Shown: positions 47,333 to 58,235, counted from the stretch's first letter. The stretch is 62,549 bases of DNA from Actinomycetes bacterium (GCA_023390155.1 JAEWDJ010000111.1:1-62549); one strand, 5' to 3'. Made by a program: numbers and translations. Notes: a model not told the origin generated them from the letters alone.

Positions 47333-47932
47333 CTATCGTGGCTGGGCCGCGAGCTCGTAGGCGCGCGAGGCGGGGACGCCGAGCAGGAGCAGGCTGGTGA
47401 TCGTCGCGGCGCCGACAGCCAGCGTAGCGCCGGCTCGGCGGTCGTCTGCAATGGCGAAGACCGTCGCGTAGGCGATCCGCCCGAGCGGCTCCGCAGGGAG
47501 GTGGCGCTCGAACGCGCCACTGTCCTGTCCCCGGCGGATTAGGTCGGCAAGGGTCCGATCCACGGTCTGGAGCGTGGCATGGATCGCATCTCCCTGCTCG
47601 CTGCGACGGAGTGCCAGAAGGACCCGGTAGCGGTGGGCAAGCGGCCAGAGGCGCGCAACGAAATCCGCCCAGACGGCGTCGGCTGGCACGCCGTCGTCGG
47701 CGACCTCGGACACCACGGCGGTCATCTCCTCGGCGGCCTGCTCGGCGAGCGTTCGCACCAGATCCGTACGCGCCGGGAAGTGCCAGTACACGGTCCGGCG
47801 CACGACGCCGGCCGCACTGGCGATATCGCCCATCCCCGCGTCGGGATTCTGCCCGAGGACGTCGCGCGCGACCTCCAGTATCCGGATACGCGTCTCGTCC
47901 TTGGCTTGCGCACGGCTGGTCTCGTTGGGCAC
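47333..47932 (-). CDS. TetR-family regulator
   Basis: RILEVARDVL..MGDIASAAGVVRRTVYWHFP. Confidence 0.92.
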   Translation of the reverse strand: MPNETSRAQAKDETRIRILEVARDVLGQNPDAGMGDIASAAGVVRRTVYWHFPARTDLVRTLAEQAAEEMTAVVSEVADDGVPADAVWADFVARLWPLAHRYRVLLALRRSEQGDAIHATLQTVDRTLADLIRRGQDSGAFERHLPAEPLGRIAYATVFAIADDRRAGATLAVGAATITSLLLLGVPASRAYELAAQPR

Positions 47933-47941
47933 GCATCCATG

Positions 47942-48001
47942 ATTGCACACACTTGTGCAATGGAGTATGGTGAGGTTGTTCATTGCACATCAATGTGTAA
48001 T
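47942..48001. promoter_or_regulatory. Two TetR-type operators
   Basis: ATTGCACAcactTGTGCAAT (47942-47961) and ATTGCACAtcaaTGTGTAAT (47982-48001). Confidence 0.75.
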
Positions 48002-48035
48002 CAAGTGGCCTGCCAAGGGCCTCAAGGAGACCATC

Positions 48036-49205
48036 ATGAACGCATCGCCGACCGCACATTCGCCGGTTATCCGCCCCTTCACCGCCTCCATCCCAGATGT
48101 CGACATCGAGGACCTACAGGTCCGGCTCGCGAGAACCCGGTGGCCGGACCCGGAGACCGTTCCGGACTGGTCGCAAGGTGTCCGGGTGGAGAATGCGAAG
48201 GCGCTGGTCGCGCACTGGCTGCACGACTACGACTGGCGCCGGCTCGAGAGCGCCCTCGACCGCCATCCGCAGTTCCTCACCGAGATCGACGGACTGGACA
48301 TCCATTTCATCCACGTCCGGTCTCCCCACCCCGGCGCGATGCCGCTCATCCTGACGCACGGATGGCCGGGTTCGGTGATCGACTTCCTTGCGCTGATCGG
48401 TCCGCTCATCGACCCGGTCGCTCACGGTGGGAAGGCCGAGGACTCCTTCGACGTGGTGATCCCGTCGCTGCCCGGCTTCGGGTTCTCCGGCAAGCCGACC
48501 GGGACGGGATGGAACGTCGACCGGATCGCGACGGCGTGGGCGGAGCTGATGCGCCGCCTCGGCTATACCCGGTGGGTGGCTCACGGAGGCGACTGGGGAT
48601 CAGTGGTCACCACCACGCTGGGGGCGATGCAGCCCGCCGGCCTGCTCGGCGTCCATCTGAACACACCCTACGCGTTCCCCGAGACGATCCCCGAGAACCT
48701 GTCTCCGGAGGAACAGCATGCGGTGGACACCCTCGCCCTCTATGGTGGCCCGCTCGGCGGATCGAATCATCTGCAGGGCACGAAGCCGGAGACGCCGGGA
48801 TTCGCGCTCGCGGACTCCCCGGCGGGCCAGGCGGCCTGGATATATGAGAAGTTCCAGTCGAAGACCGACAACCAGGGCGTCGCCGAGGACGCGATCGACC
48901 TGGACGACATCCTCGACACGATCTCGCTCTACTGGTTCACTAACACCGCCGCGTCCTCCGCCCGCATCTACTGGGAGAACCGGGCCGCCACCATGGCCGG
49001 CCCCAAGCTGACGCTCCCGGTTGCAGTGACCGTGTTCCCGCGTGACATCCCGCGGCTCCCTCGGACCTGGATTGAGGACACCTACTCCGACCTCATCCAC
49101 TACGGCGAAGCGACCAAGGGCGGCCATTTCGCTGCGCTCGAACAGCCCGGCATCCTGGTCGACGAGCTCCGAACCGGCCTCCGGAGCCTTCGCGCCGCGA
49201 TGTGA
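48036..49205 (+). CDS. Epoxide hydrolase (EHN plus alpha/beta hydrolase)
   Basis: HGWPGS, PSLPGFGFS, GGDWG, GGHFAALEQP. Confidence 0.93.
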   Translation: MNASPTAHSPVIRPFTASIPDVDIEDLQVRLARTRWPDPETVPDWSQGVRVENAKALVAHWLHDYDWRRLESALDRHPQFLTEIDGLDIHFIHVRSPHPGAMPLILTHGWPGSVIDFLALIGPLIDPVAHGGKAEDSFDVVIPSLPGFGFSGKPTGTGWNVDRIATAWAELMRRLGYTRWVAHGGDWGSVVTTTLGAMQPAGLLGVHLNTPYAFPETIPENLSPEEQHAVDTLALYGGPLGGSNHLQGTKPETPGFALADSPAGQAAWIYEKFQSKTDNQGVAEDAIDLDDILDTISLYWFTNTAASSARIYWENRAATMAGPKLTLPVAVTVFPRDIPRLPRTWIEDTYSDLIHYGEATKGGHFAALEQPGILVDELRTGLRSLRAAM

Positions 49206-49239
49206 TCAGAGGCCGATCCTGGTGAGGCGCGTGTCCCGG

Positions 49240-50270
49240 CCCTCGACGCGGACGAGCAGCGGAACTGGTCCGGTTGCGTCGTGAGGTGCACTGGTTAGAG
49301 ACGGAGAACGAGATCCTGAATCGCGCTGTGGCGTATTTCGCGAAGGAGAACGTGTTCCCAAAACATCTTTCCGATCGACCGAGCAGCTGACGGCTGAGGA
49401 CCCTCACCGGTTCAAAGTCGCAACGGTCAGCCGGCTGTTAGGTGTCTCCCGCTGCAGCTACTACAAGTGGGCGAAGCACCGGGTCTCCGCCCGGCGGGCT
49501 CGAGATGAGGAGATCGCTGCCGTGATCGCCGGGCTCCGATCAGAAAGGGCGCGTTCTTCCGCACCTAAGGGTCTCCGCGGATACACGCCGCGTTGCGGAT
49601 GGTCCACGGGTTGCTATCGGGCGGAAGCGCGTTCAGCTGGAGGGTTGCGAACGCGGCTGGACCGGCGCCGTCAAACGCAAGTTCCGGTTCCGCACCGAAC
49701 CGGCCACCGTGAACCGCAACTTCTATGTCCCGGGCCCGAACCGGCTCTGGCTGGGCGACATCACCGAACAGCACACTGCTGAGGGAAGGTCTACGGCGCC
49801 GTCGTCCTGGATGCCTATTCACGGCGATCGGTTGTCGATTGGGTCCCTGACGACCGCCGACATTGTCGTGGATGCGTTGCAGGTGGCCCGCTAAAGGAGG
49901 TTCGGGGTTCGCGGGGCGATCATGCACTCCGACCACGGTTTTCAATACACCTCCTGGGCGTTCACCTCCCGCGTCCACGAAGCCGGTCTGATCGCCTCCA
50001 TGGGCTCAGTCGGGGACTGCTACGACAACGCCATGATGGAATCCTTCTGGTCCGGCATGCAGATCGAAGTCCTCGACAGCCAACCCGGGCCACCAGACCG
50101 CAACTGGGAGCGGCGATGCTCTCCTGGATCGAAGCCCGGCACAATCCCCGCCGACGTCACTCCAGCTGGGCTACCACTTACCGGCGGACTAGGAGAAGAT
50201 CGACCCGACGAACTCACTCTGGCCGCCTGACACGACACATCAAACTGTCCGAGCAACCGGGGAAGGATCA
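49240..50270 (+). mobile_element. Degenerate IS3-family element
   Basis: orfA tail ENEILNRAVAYFAKE; fragmented rve (NRLWLGDITE, HSDHGFQY, CYDNAMMESF); right end ACTGTCCGAGCAACCGGGGAAGGATCA. Confidence 0.85.
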
Positions 50271-50740
50271 CTTCGTCTGTGGCTTTCGACCTATTCCGAT
50301 TCGTCCCTCTGCTCTAGCCTTGGCGTCCGGCCGCCGTCAGCGTCCATATGGCCAAGGGTTTTGTGTGATTGGAGGGGACTAGCCGACTTGGTGGGGGAGC
50401 TGTGCGATGAGTATCCCGCGCGTGGTCTTGCTTGCGGCCGGCCTCGCCGGCGCGGTGTTGCCTTCCTCGTCCAGTTGGACCCGCCGCGCCGACGGGGTGT
50501 CGGAAATTCGTGCTTGACTGCGCTGACAGCGTAGGACAAAATCTCTCAGTGACAGCGCTGTCACATGCGGGGTCGCCAAAGTTCGATATTTCCTTCACCA
50601 GCCAAGGGTTCAGCCAGAATGCTCCGCATTTCGCACAACCGGTCTGCGTATCGCGCGCGCCGCCCCCTCCTCCGCACCGCAGTCGTCGTGGCCGCCTTCG
50701 CCCTCGGCCGCATCCACCGCACCCGCGGAGGATCGACCGA

Positions 50741-51256
50741 GTGATGGAGGCGAAGATCGCGCAGGCGAACGCCGCGGACGAGGAGGAGGGGGAGAGCGAG
50801 CGCCCGTATGCCTGGGTGCTCCCCGCCCTCCCGGCCGAGGCCGAGCGCGTCGTCGTCGCCCTCCAGCAGCGGCAGTGGGAGCGCAGCCGGAGCACGTGGT
50901 GGCGTCGGGCCGCCCCGAGCCGGCTCGCCCCGCTCGACCGCGAGATGGCCGCCGTGCGCGAGCTCCGTGAGCTCGCCACGGCGGTCCTGGACCGCCGGGG
51001 CGGTAACCGCTACGGCGCGATCGTCCCGGTCTCCGAGGTACTCCTGCTGTTGTCGGACCCGGTCGCCTGGCGCGAGCTCCTCACCCTGAGCGGGATCGAC
51101 CGCGAACGCGCCGTGTCGTGGCCATTCGTCGGCCTGTCCGAAGGTGACGCCCTGCGGCACCATCCCGGTCAGGGTGCCGCTCCCGGTGTCCTTGGTCGAG
51201 AGCAGCTCGTCCCCCGCGAGTGGCCGTCACATCCAGCAGCGCATCTCACCGCATGA
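50741..51256 (+). CDS. Hypothetical protein
   Basis: GGAGGA RBS, high GC3, abuts the GH92 gene; no family recognised. Confidence 0.4.
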   Translation: MMEAKIAQANAADEEEGESERPYAWVLPALPAEAERVVVALQQRQWERSRSTWWRRAAPSRLAPLDREMAAVRELRELATAVLDRRGGNRYGAIVPVSEVLLLLSDPVAWRELLTLSGIDRERAVSWPFVGLSEGDALRHHPGQGAAPGVLGREQLVPREWPSHPAAHLTA

Positions 51257-51270
51257 CGAAGGAAGAACAC

Positions 51271-54200
51271 ATGACATCACACACCACCGCCGCGGCGGGC
51301 GGAGTCCGGCGACTGACGGCCGGGGCGATGGCCGTCCTCCTTGCTCTCGCGGGGGCGCTGAGCGCGACGGCTCCCGCCGTGGCGGCGGAGCCCGCGTGGC
51401 GGAGCGATCCGGCCTCGTTGGTCAACACCATCGACGGCACCGGCATCGGCGGTGACGTCGTGGGATCAATCAACAACTTCCCCGGCCCGACCGTTCCGTT
51501 CGGAATGGTGCAGTTCTCCCCCGACACCACGAGCACCTATGCGGGCTACCAGTACCACAACGACACGATGACCGGATTCAGCATGAATCACGCATCCGCC
51601 GGCTGCAACGTCTTCGGCGACATCCCGATCCTCCCTGCCACGGGCGCCATCGGCAGCAACCCGGGAAACGCGACGCAGCGGTACACCCATGACGGCGAGG
51701 TCGGCGAGCCGGGCTACTACAAGGTGCGCTTCTCCGACTCCAACATCGTCAACGAGCTGACCGCGTCCGACCGCGTCGGCCTCGCGCGCATCACCTATCC
51801 CGCGGGCGCACCTGCTCAGTTCATGGTGCGGCCGGGCGGCTCTCTCGCGGGCAATAGCGCCGCGACCTTGGAGAAGGTCGACTCGCGAACGGTGCGCGGT
51901 TCGGCGACCACCGGCAACTTCTGCGGCAAGGGCAACACCTACCGCATCTACTTCACGCTCACCTTCGATCACGACTTCATAGCCCACGGCACCTGGACGT
52001 CCGGTGGCGTGACCCCGGGCTCCGACTCGGTCGACTCCAACAGCGCTGGCGCATACTTCACCTTCGATCCCGGCATCGTGCTGCAGGCGAAGATCGCGAT
52101 CTCCTACGTGTCGATGGACGGCGCAGCGGCGAACATGGCCGCCGAGTCTCCGGGCTTCGACTTCGACGGGATGCGCGCAAGCGCACTCGTCCGCTGGAAC
52201 ACGGCCCTCTCCAAGGTGCAGGTCGCGGGCGCAGCCGATGGTGACCTCCGGGCGTTCTACGGGGCGCTCTACCGCTCGCTGTTGCACCCCAACACCTTCA
52301 ACGACGTCGACGGCCTCTATATCGGCTTCGACGGGCAGGTCCATCAGGTCGAGAAGGGACGCACGCACTACGCGAACTTCTCCGACTGGGACACCTACCG
52401 CACGCTGATACCGCTCCAGACGATACTGTTCCCGAACATCGCATCCGATATGGCGCAGTCTCTCGTCATTGACGCCGACCAGTCGGGCTCGCTTCCACGA
52501 TGGCCCGTAGCCAACTCGGCGACCGGCCAGATGACCGGAGACAACGTCTCGGCGCTGATCGGGCAGATCCACGCCTTCGGCGGCACCGATTTCGATGCGA
52601 ACGCTGCTCTCGAATACATGGTCGCCGCGGCGGATGACGGCGGAGACGGCCTGCGCGGCTATGTCCAGCGACCGGGCGCGGCGCTCTACGACCAGCTGCA
52701 CTACGCCCCCCAAGTGGAGGCGTTCCGTGGCGATCATCAGATCGTCGGCGGGTCGATCACCTTGGAGTGGTCGATCGACGACTTCGCCATCAGCCGTCTG
52801 GCCGCAGACCTGGGCGACTCCGCGACAGCGAAACGCTTCCAGACCCGCTCCAACTACTGGCAGAACCTTTTCGATCCCGCGCAGAACGCCATCGCCCCGC
52901 GCACCACGGACGGCGCGTTCCTCGATGTCTCGAGCACAGGACAGGGTTTCGGCCAAGCCGGATTCGACGAAGGCAACGCCGAGCAGTACCTCTGGATGGT
53001 GCCCCAGAACATCACGGGTCTTGCCAGCGCCCTCGGCGGCCGTGAGGCGACAGCACAGCGACTGGACGCGTTCACGCAGACACTCAACTCGGGTGCCAAC
53101 AGCCCCCGCATGTGGGTAGGCAACGAGCCCAACTTCCTCGTGCCGTGGATCTACAACTACCTCGGCCAGCCCTGGAAGACGCAGGCGCTCGTAGACCGCA
53201 TCCGGCACGAGTTGTTCTCTCCGGGCCCCGACGGTGCTCCCGGCAACGATGATCTGGGCGCCATGTCGTCCTGGTACGTCTGGGCCGCGCTCGGTCTCGC
53301 CCCAGCGACCCCGGGCACCTCGGTCCTCACCGTCAGCACGCCCGCCTTTGATCACGTGAAGATCTCCCTGGGCAACGGTCACTCTCTCCGTGTCGACGCT
53401 CCCGGTGCGAGCACAGGTACGCGCTACATCGCAGGAATGGCCGTCAACGGCAGCACGCTCGAGAGCACTGCACTCCCTGAGCGCCTGGCGACCGAGGGCG
53501 GCGCGGTGGAGTTCACCCTGGCCCCGAACGCCGATACCTCGTGGGCGACCGGAGAGGATGCCGCGCCGCCTGCGTTTGGCGAGGGCGGCACGGGATTCGC
53601 CTTCGCGCCCAGCGCACCTCTCATCCAGACGACCCAAGGCAAGTCGACCGAGGTTAACGTGGTGGCACGCGCCTTCGACACCGGTCTCGGCCCGATCGAG
53701 GTAACGGCTTCGTCGTCGCAGGCGGGTGTCGGAGTCCAGTCCACTGCGCTCACCACCGCCGCAAACGGGTCGCTCACCGGAGCGCTGACCATCACAGCGG
53801 GGCGGAATCTGCCCGACGGCTTCTATCCCATCACAGTGACCGCGACGTCGGGCGACATCGTCCGCACCCAGACAGTTATCGTCCAGGTTGCGGCGGAAGG
53901 CGGGCTCGCTCGCGCCTTCAGCATCATCGGAACGTCCACCTCGGACACCCGTGGAGGTGCGAACTTCGACAACGCCGGCAACAGCTATTCCCGCGAGCAG
54001 CTCGCGCTTGCGGGGCTGGCCCCGGGTGCCGAGTTCTCGGTCGGTGACCTGCACGCGATGTGGCCGGGAAGCCCCGCGGGAACACCGGACACCCTTGTGC
54101 CTCAGGGGCAGACGATCACGGTGCCCTACCACCCGAGCAGCATCTCGTTCGTCGGCGCCGCGCGCGACGGCGGGGGGCAGGCCACGGCCACGGTGACCCT

Positions 54201-55014
54201 CGACGACGGGACGACACGGCAGATACCTTTGTCGCTCGGCGACTGGGTCATCCCCTCCACCGACGCTCAACCCGTCTACGGCAACTCGATCGTGGCGCAC
54301 CAGAGTCTCCGCTACTGCGGGCCGACACCGGTTCAGGGTTCCTACGTCTACGCGACGGCCCCGTATACGGCTCCCAAGGGACGCACGATCGCCAGCGTCA
54401 CGATGCCCTCGGGAGGCGATTCCGACAAGCTCCGCATCTTCGCAATCGCGAGCGACGGGGCGGTCCCGGTACCGGTGGCCACGACGCTCTCTGCGACTCC
54501 TGCCCACGGCGTCGTGCCGGAAGGGACGACGGTGACCGTCACCGCGACGGTGACGCCGAGCGCGTCGGGAACGGTGTCCGTCACCGCAGTGGATCCGACG
54601 GCGCGTCGCGTCACTCCCGTGGAAGCAGCCGTCGTCGACGGGACGGCACAGGTCGCGTTGACCTCCGCAGGCATCGGGGTGCATGCCTATCGAGCGGTCT
54701 TCACACCGGATGACCCGACCGCGTTCGAGGCCTCCGAGGCGGAGTTCTCCATCCAGGTGACCGCAGCGACGACCGCCCCCGGGGATGGCTCCGGGAGCGG
54801 TTCGGGGGGCGATTCCGGAGCCGGTCCGGGCAGTGCCGGCGGTGATTCGTCCGGCACGCGCGGAACCGGCGACGTCCCGCCGGCGCGCGACCCCCAGTCG
54901 CTCGCGCGCACCGGTGGAGCCTTGGCTTTCGGCTTGGTCCCGCTGGCTGTGCTTGCGATCATCCTGGGCTCGGCCTTCGCCATCCGACGCCGACGTGGAA
55001 CCTCGGCGCCCTGA
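51271..55014 (+). CDS. Secreted, cell-wall-anchored GH92 alpha-mannosidase-like protein
   Basis: Signal peptide; PGPTVPFGMVQFSPDT, SDWDTYR, EGNAEQY, GNEP, PGNDDLGAMSSWYVW; C-terminal LARTG plus TM plus RRRR. Confidence 0.92.
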   Translation: MTSHTTAAAGGVRRLTAGAMAVLLALAGALSATAPAVAAEPAWRSDPASLVNTIDGTGIGGDVVGSINNFPGPTVPFGMVQFSPDTTSTYAGYQYHNDTMTGFSMNHASAGCNVFGDIPILPATGAIGSNPGNATQRYTHDGEVGEPGYYKVRFSDSNIVNELTASDRVGLARITYPAGAPAQFMVRPGGSLAGNSAATLEKVDSRTVRGSATTGNFCGKGNTYRIYFTLTFDHDFIAHGTWTSGGVTPGSDSVDSNSAGAYFTFDPGIVLQAKIAISYVSMDGAAANMAAESPGFDFDGMRASALVRWNTALSKVQVAGAADGDLRAFYGALYRSLLHPNTFNDVDGLYIGFDGQVHQVEKGRTHYANFSDWDTYRTLIPLQTILFPNIASDMAQSLVIDADQSGSLPRWPVANSATGQMTGDNVSALIGQIHAFGGTDFDANAALEYMVAAADDGGDGLRGYVQRPGAALYDQLHYAPQVEAFRGDHQIVGGSITLEWSIDDFAISRLAADLGDSATAKRFQTRSNYWQNLFDPAQNAIAPRTTDGAFLDVSSTGQGFGQAGFDEGNAEQYLWMVPQNITGLASALGGREATAQRLDAFTQTLNSGANSPRMWVGNEPNFLVPWIYNYLGQPWKTQALVDRIRHELFSPGPDGAPGNDDLGAMSSWYVWAALGLAPATPGTSVLTVSTPAFDHVKISLGNGHSLRVDAPGASTGTRYIAGMAVNGSTLESTALPERLATEGGAVEFTLAPNADTSWATGEDAAPPAFGEGGTGFAFAPSAPLIQTTQGKSTEVNVVARAFDTGLGPIEVTASSSQAGVGVQSTALTTAANGSLTGALTITAGRNLPDGFYPITVTATSGDIVRTQTVIVQVAAEGGLARAFSIIGTSTSDTRGGANFDNAGNSYSREQLALAGLAPGAEFSVGDLHAMWPGSPAGTPDTLVPQGQTITVPYHPSSISFVGAARDGGGQATATVTLDDGTTRQIPLSLGDWVIPSTDAQPVYGNSIVAHQSLRYCGPTPVQGSYVYATAPYTAPKGRTIASVTMPSGGDSDKLRIFAIASDGAVPVPVATTLSATPAHGVVPEGTTVTVTATVTPSASGTVSVTAVDPTARRVTPVEAAVVDGTAQVALTSAGIGVHAYRAVFTPDDPTAFEASEAEFSIQVTAATTAPGDGSGSGSGGDSGAGPGSAGGDSSGTRGTGDVPPARDPQSLARTGGALAFGLVPLAVLAIILGSAFAIRRRRGTSAP

Positions 55015-55573
55015 GCGGGCTGCGAACTCGGAACCCACGATGCGCCGAGGAACGTCGTCTTCGACTCTGGACTAGGGCTCAACGGCACGCCCCGCTGGAC
55101 TCAACCGGCTGGGGTCTCATTCGGTCTCGGGTTGCTCGGTCTTGGACGCCACATTTCCGGTGTCGCCGGTGATGATCCGTTCGACGTCGCTCAGCGCATA
55201 CCCCGGCGGCGAGCTGGATGAAGTACGTGGCATCGGTGGGAGAAGGGGAGCGCCACCAATGCCAGGAGATGGTGATGAGTGCAGGTGCGGAGCACCTTCC
55301 CCAGTCACCTCAAGAGCTGGGCGGCGGGTTCATCGTCTGGAGGGGTGGCTGTGCGTATGCTCACGGAAGCGAAATCGGCAAAGAACAGGCGAGCGCCCGG
55401 AGGGCGTCGATGTCCGGAGCTCCGTCGACGGCGCCGACCGAACGGGAGGTCCGGGAGGGTGTGCGAGGGAGGACGGGGTCGCCCTCGCGGCCGGCCGAAG
55501 GTCAGGCCGTCCAGCACCGAAGCGCGCGGAATGGTCGACCCCCCATCGAGGGCGGCCGACCATGGAACCCCGC

Positions 55574-57094
55574 TCAGCTCGCGTCGGAGCCGGGCACGGC
55601 CACCTCGTCGGACGCCGACGCGGTGGCATCCGGCTCACCGCTGTGGTCAGCCGTGTCCTCCGGGTATCCGGCGGCGATGCGCTCGACAGGGGAGAGCTTG
55701 TATCCCCACGATTCGAGCATGAGGAGGAAGCTGCCGACTTCCGTCGTGGGATGCCGCCATCCCTCGACGTCCTCGGCGCGCGCCTCCCGCGCGGCGAGGG
55801 CGACGGTTAGCGTCACGTGTCCGGCCTTCGTCGGCGTTGACTCAACGAGTCGCGCGGCGGCGGCTCGCGGGTAGAAGTCACCGGTTTCGTTGAGGAAGGT
55901 GCCGACGAGGTCACCGCTCTTGTAGTCGGTGATGGTGTGGGCGTGCTCGGTGAGGGTGAGTGCGACGAACACCAGGGCATCCTTCGGGAGGGTCTTGCGG
56001 GTCAGGAGCTTGGCGATCCATTCTCGTCGCACGGTGACGGCGGTGCGCCACGACTTGTTGTTGGCCAGCACCCGCGCCCGCTCTGCCTTCCGTGCGGCAG
56101 CCTCCCGGTCCTCGCGCTCCTGCCGCTGCTCGTCGGTCTCGTCGGCCGGGATGACAGTGCTCGCCGAGGGTGTCCTGGCCCAGCGGTCGTGGTGGAGTTC
56201 GGGTCGGACGCAGACGTCTTCGGCGCGGTGGTCGTTCTCGCCGTCACCCCACACCGTCAGGACGACGGCGCGGCCTTCGCAGTTCGCATGGGTCTCAGGT
56301 GTGAGCGCGGGCCGGTCGTCTGCGTCGTCGGCTGCGTCGGTGAGCCGGTCGAGGGTGCGGAAGCTGCGATCCCAGTCGGTGAAGACCTGTACGCCCGCGG
56401 CCGCGTACTGCTCGGCCAGGCGGTCGGTCGTGTCGCGGATGCTGCGTTCGTCGCGGATCTCCTGGGCCAGGTAGGGGAGATCGTCGTCGTCCTCGATCAG
56501 GGTGATCTGGTCGATGGCGTCCTGGTCGCCGTCGAACTCGGCGATCAGGAGCAGCTTGTCGAGAGAGAGCTGCCCGTGGTCGCAGGCGGCCTGCTTGGCG
56601 CTGTCGGAGCGGGCGACGGTGAGGGACTTCTTGATCAGGTCACGGGACTCTCCGGCGGCACGGCCGATCGCGGTCTCGCTGATGCCGTCGAGGGCGAGCT
56701 GTTCGTAAGCGGCGATCCGGTCGGTGAGGGCGAGGTCGGAGCGGTTGAAGGTGCGCAGTTGGTCGAGGATGCGCTGCGAGTTCTTCACCGTGGTCGGGGT
56801 GAGGCCAAAGGTGCCGAGCATGGTCGGGATGCCAGCTTCCTGGGCGGCGAGGGTGCGGCGTTGGCCGTCCCAAATGTAGACGGTGCCGTCGGTGTCGCGG
56901 CGGGCATAGACGGGTTCGCGGACACCGTCGGTCTTGACGGAGTCGGCGAACTCGCGCGTGTAGGTGGTGTCGGTGCGCACGTTGGGGTCGAGTTGGGCGG
57001 TGGCGACGTCGATGACCTCGATGGTGACCGTGCCGTCCGCGACGAGCGCGGCGAGGTCGGCGGTCTTCGGGGTGCGGGGCTTGGTGGTGGTCAT
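55574..57094 (-). CDS. ParB-like nuclease-domain protein (leading-region type)
   Basis: NVRTD..SVKTDGVREPV..DGQRRTLAA; C-terminal LESWGYKLSPVE; start MTTTKPR. Confidence 0.85.
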   Translation of the reverse strand: MTTTKPRTPKTADLAALVADGTVTIEVIDVATAQLDPNVRTDTTYTREFADSVKTDGVREPVYARRDTDGTVYIWDGQRRTLAAQEAGIPTMLGTFGLTPTTVKNSQRILDQLRTFNRSDLALTDRIAAYEQLALDGISETAIGRAAGESRDLIKKSLTVARSDSAKQAACDHGQLSLDKLLLIAEFDGDQDAIDQITLIEDDDDLPYLAQEIRDERSIRDTTDRLAEQYAAAGVQVFTDWDRSFRTLDRLTDAADDADDRPALTPETHANCEGRAVVLTVWGDGENDHRAEDVCVRPELHHDRWARTPSASTVIPADETDEQRQEREDREAAARKAERARVLANNKSWRTAVTVRREWIAKLLTRKTLPKDALVFVALTLTEHAHTITDYKSGDLVGTFLNETGDFYPRAAAARLVESTPTKAGHVTLTVALAAREARAEDVEGWRHPTTEVGSFLLMLESWGYKLSPVERIAAGYPEDTADHSGEPDATASASDEVAVPGSDAS

Positions 57095-57124
57095 GGTTCC
57101 TGTCCTTATCTGTTTCGTGGATCG

Positions 57125-57315
57125 TTCTCTTTGCCGTTCCGGCAAGGGGAAGCAGATTCGGGCGTGGCGGAACCGCCAGTGGATCGTGGAATACCGGAGG
57201 GAGCGCAGCGAGGGAGGATATGCCGCGAAAGCCGTTGGCGGTGGGGGAGCGCCCCAATATGATTCAGCGGCCGGAGCAGGCGAAGAGTCCCAGGGGAAGA
57301 GCACCGGCGCCGCCG
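57125..57315 (-). promoter_or_regulatory. Leader hairpin, copy upstream of the ParB-like gene
   Basis: Reverse complement contains GGCTTTCGCGGCATATCCTC, CGCTGCGCTCC, TCCGGTATTCCACG and GCCGGAACGGCAAAG, shared with the other copies. Confidence 0.75.
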
Positions 57316-57401
57316 GTTCCGAACAGCTGGGGCAGCCCGCCGCAGGCGGACCGATCGAGCTGGGCGAGGATGCAGCCCAGACCGGTGCGGGCAGCGTCAG
57401 C

Positions 57402-57683
57402 TCATTGGCAGCTGTCGCACTGGAGCGCTTCCATGGGGTCCACCGGGACCAGATAGGGGGTGGGGTCGCCAAGGTAGTGCCGGTCGCCGAGCTCGTCGTC
57501 GGTGGCGTGAGCGTCCACCCACAGGTCGGCGAGTGCCGGTTCGCCGAGCGCCCGGAGGAGTCCGGCGAGGGCATCGACTTCGACGCAGCTGAGCCGGGGT
57601 GCGACATCGGTGGCGAGGTCGGCCTGCCCGAAGACGGCGGTGAACCTGATGAGGTTGTCGCTGTCGGTGATGAGAATGCTCAT
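57402..57683 (-). CDS. Small protein ending YLVPVDPMEALQCDSCQ
   Basis: AGGGAG RBS; motifs LSCVEVDA and HATDDELGDRH. Confidence 0.8.
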   Translation of the reverse strand: MSILITDSDNLIRFTAVFGQADLATDVAPRLSCVEVDALAGLLRALGEPALADLWVDAHATDDELGDRHYLGDPTPYLVPVDPMEALQCDSCQ

Positions 57684-57772
57684 GATCTCTGCTCCCTTTC
57701 GTTTCGCCGTGGAGGCACAGGGTGCCGATCAGGTCGCAGCGACCGCACGCCACCCGGGACGGGCGCGAGGGA

Positions 57773-57817
57773 GCGATTGTTCGCACGAAGCAAGCGCAGC
57801 GCGTGCGAAGAATCGCG
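57773..57817 (-). promoter_or_regulatory. Diverged leader hairpin upstream of ORF 57683
   Basis: GCGATTGTTCGCACG-loop containing AGCGCAGCG-CGTGCGAAGAATCGC; same loop motif as the other copies. Confidence 0.5.
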
Positions 57818-57907
57818 GGAGAGCGGCCCCGCAGGGGCTTGCGTTCGGGCACTGCGGCCGCAGGATCGCCGCAGGCTTCACGGCAGAGCGGATGGAGCAA
57901 GTGACCG

Positions 57908-58231
57908 TCATCTGCGTGGAGGGAGCGTGCGGGGTGGTCTGACTCGGACAGCGTCGTTCCACACCCAACCTTCGTGGCGTTGCCCGTCGCGGGAGGTGAA
58001 ACGGATGCGGACGGCGTGCTCGTTCCACGCGATCACCTCGACCTCCGGGCGGACCACGGCCTCGTGGAATCGGACGTACGCGATCGCCGGCGCAGGCCGC
58101 TCTGGGACGACCGCCGGATCGTGCGGCAGATCGATCTCCTGGTCGGTCAGCCAGACCGGTCGTGGTCGGGTGATTGATTGCTCGATGGCCGCGTCCATTC
58201 CTGACCCGGGATACCGGCGGTTCTGCCCCAT
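57908..58231 (-). CDS. Hypothetical protein
   Basis: 107 aa ORF, AYVRF..VIAWNEHAVRIRF..WVWNDAVR. Confidence 0.65.
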   Translation of the reverse strand: MGQNRRYPGSGMDAAIEQSITRPRPVWLTDQEIDLPHDPAVVPERPAPAIAYVRFHEAVVRPEVEVIAWNEHAVRIRFTSRDGQRHEGWVWNDAVRVRPPRTLPPRR

Positions 58232-58235
58232 GTGC

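Noticed and set aside
50630..50660. TCGCACAACC match to the relaxase start region as a second oriT
   Set aside because: Only a 10-bp match with no further similarity; compatible with chance.
51466..55038. 1190-aa minus-strand ORF and similar long antisense ORFs (3002-4642, 5708-7456, 8523-10028, 35122-36750, 56964-58592)
   Set aside because: Shadow ORFs typical of high-GC DNA, opposite genes with clear motifs.
55020..55570. Short ORFs between GH92 and ParB-like genes
   Set aside because: No convincing RBS, motif or consistent frame.
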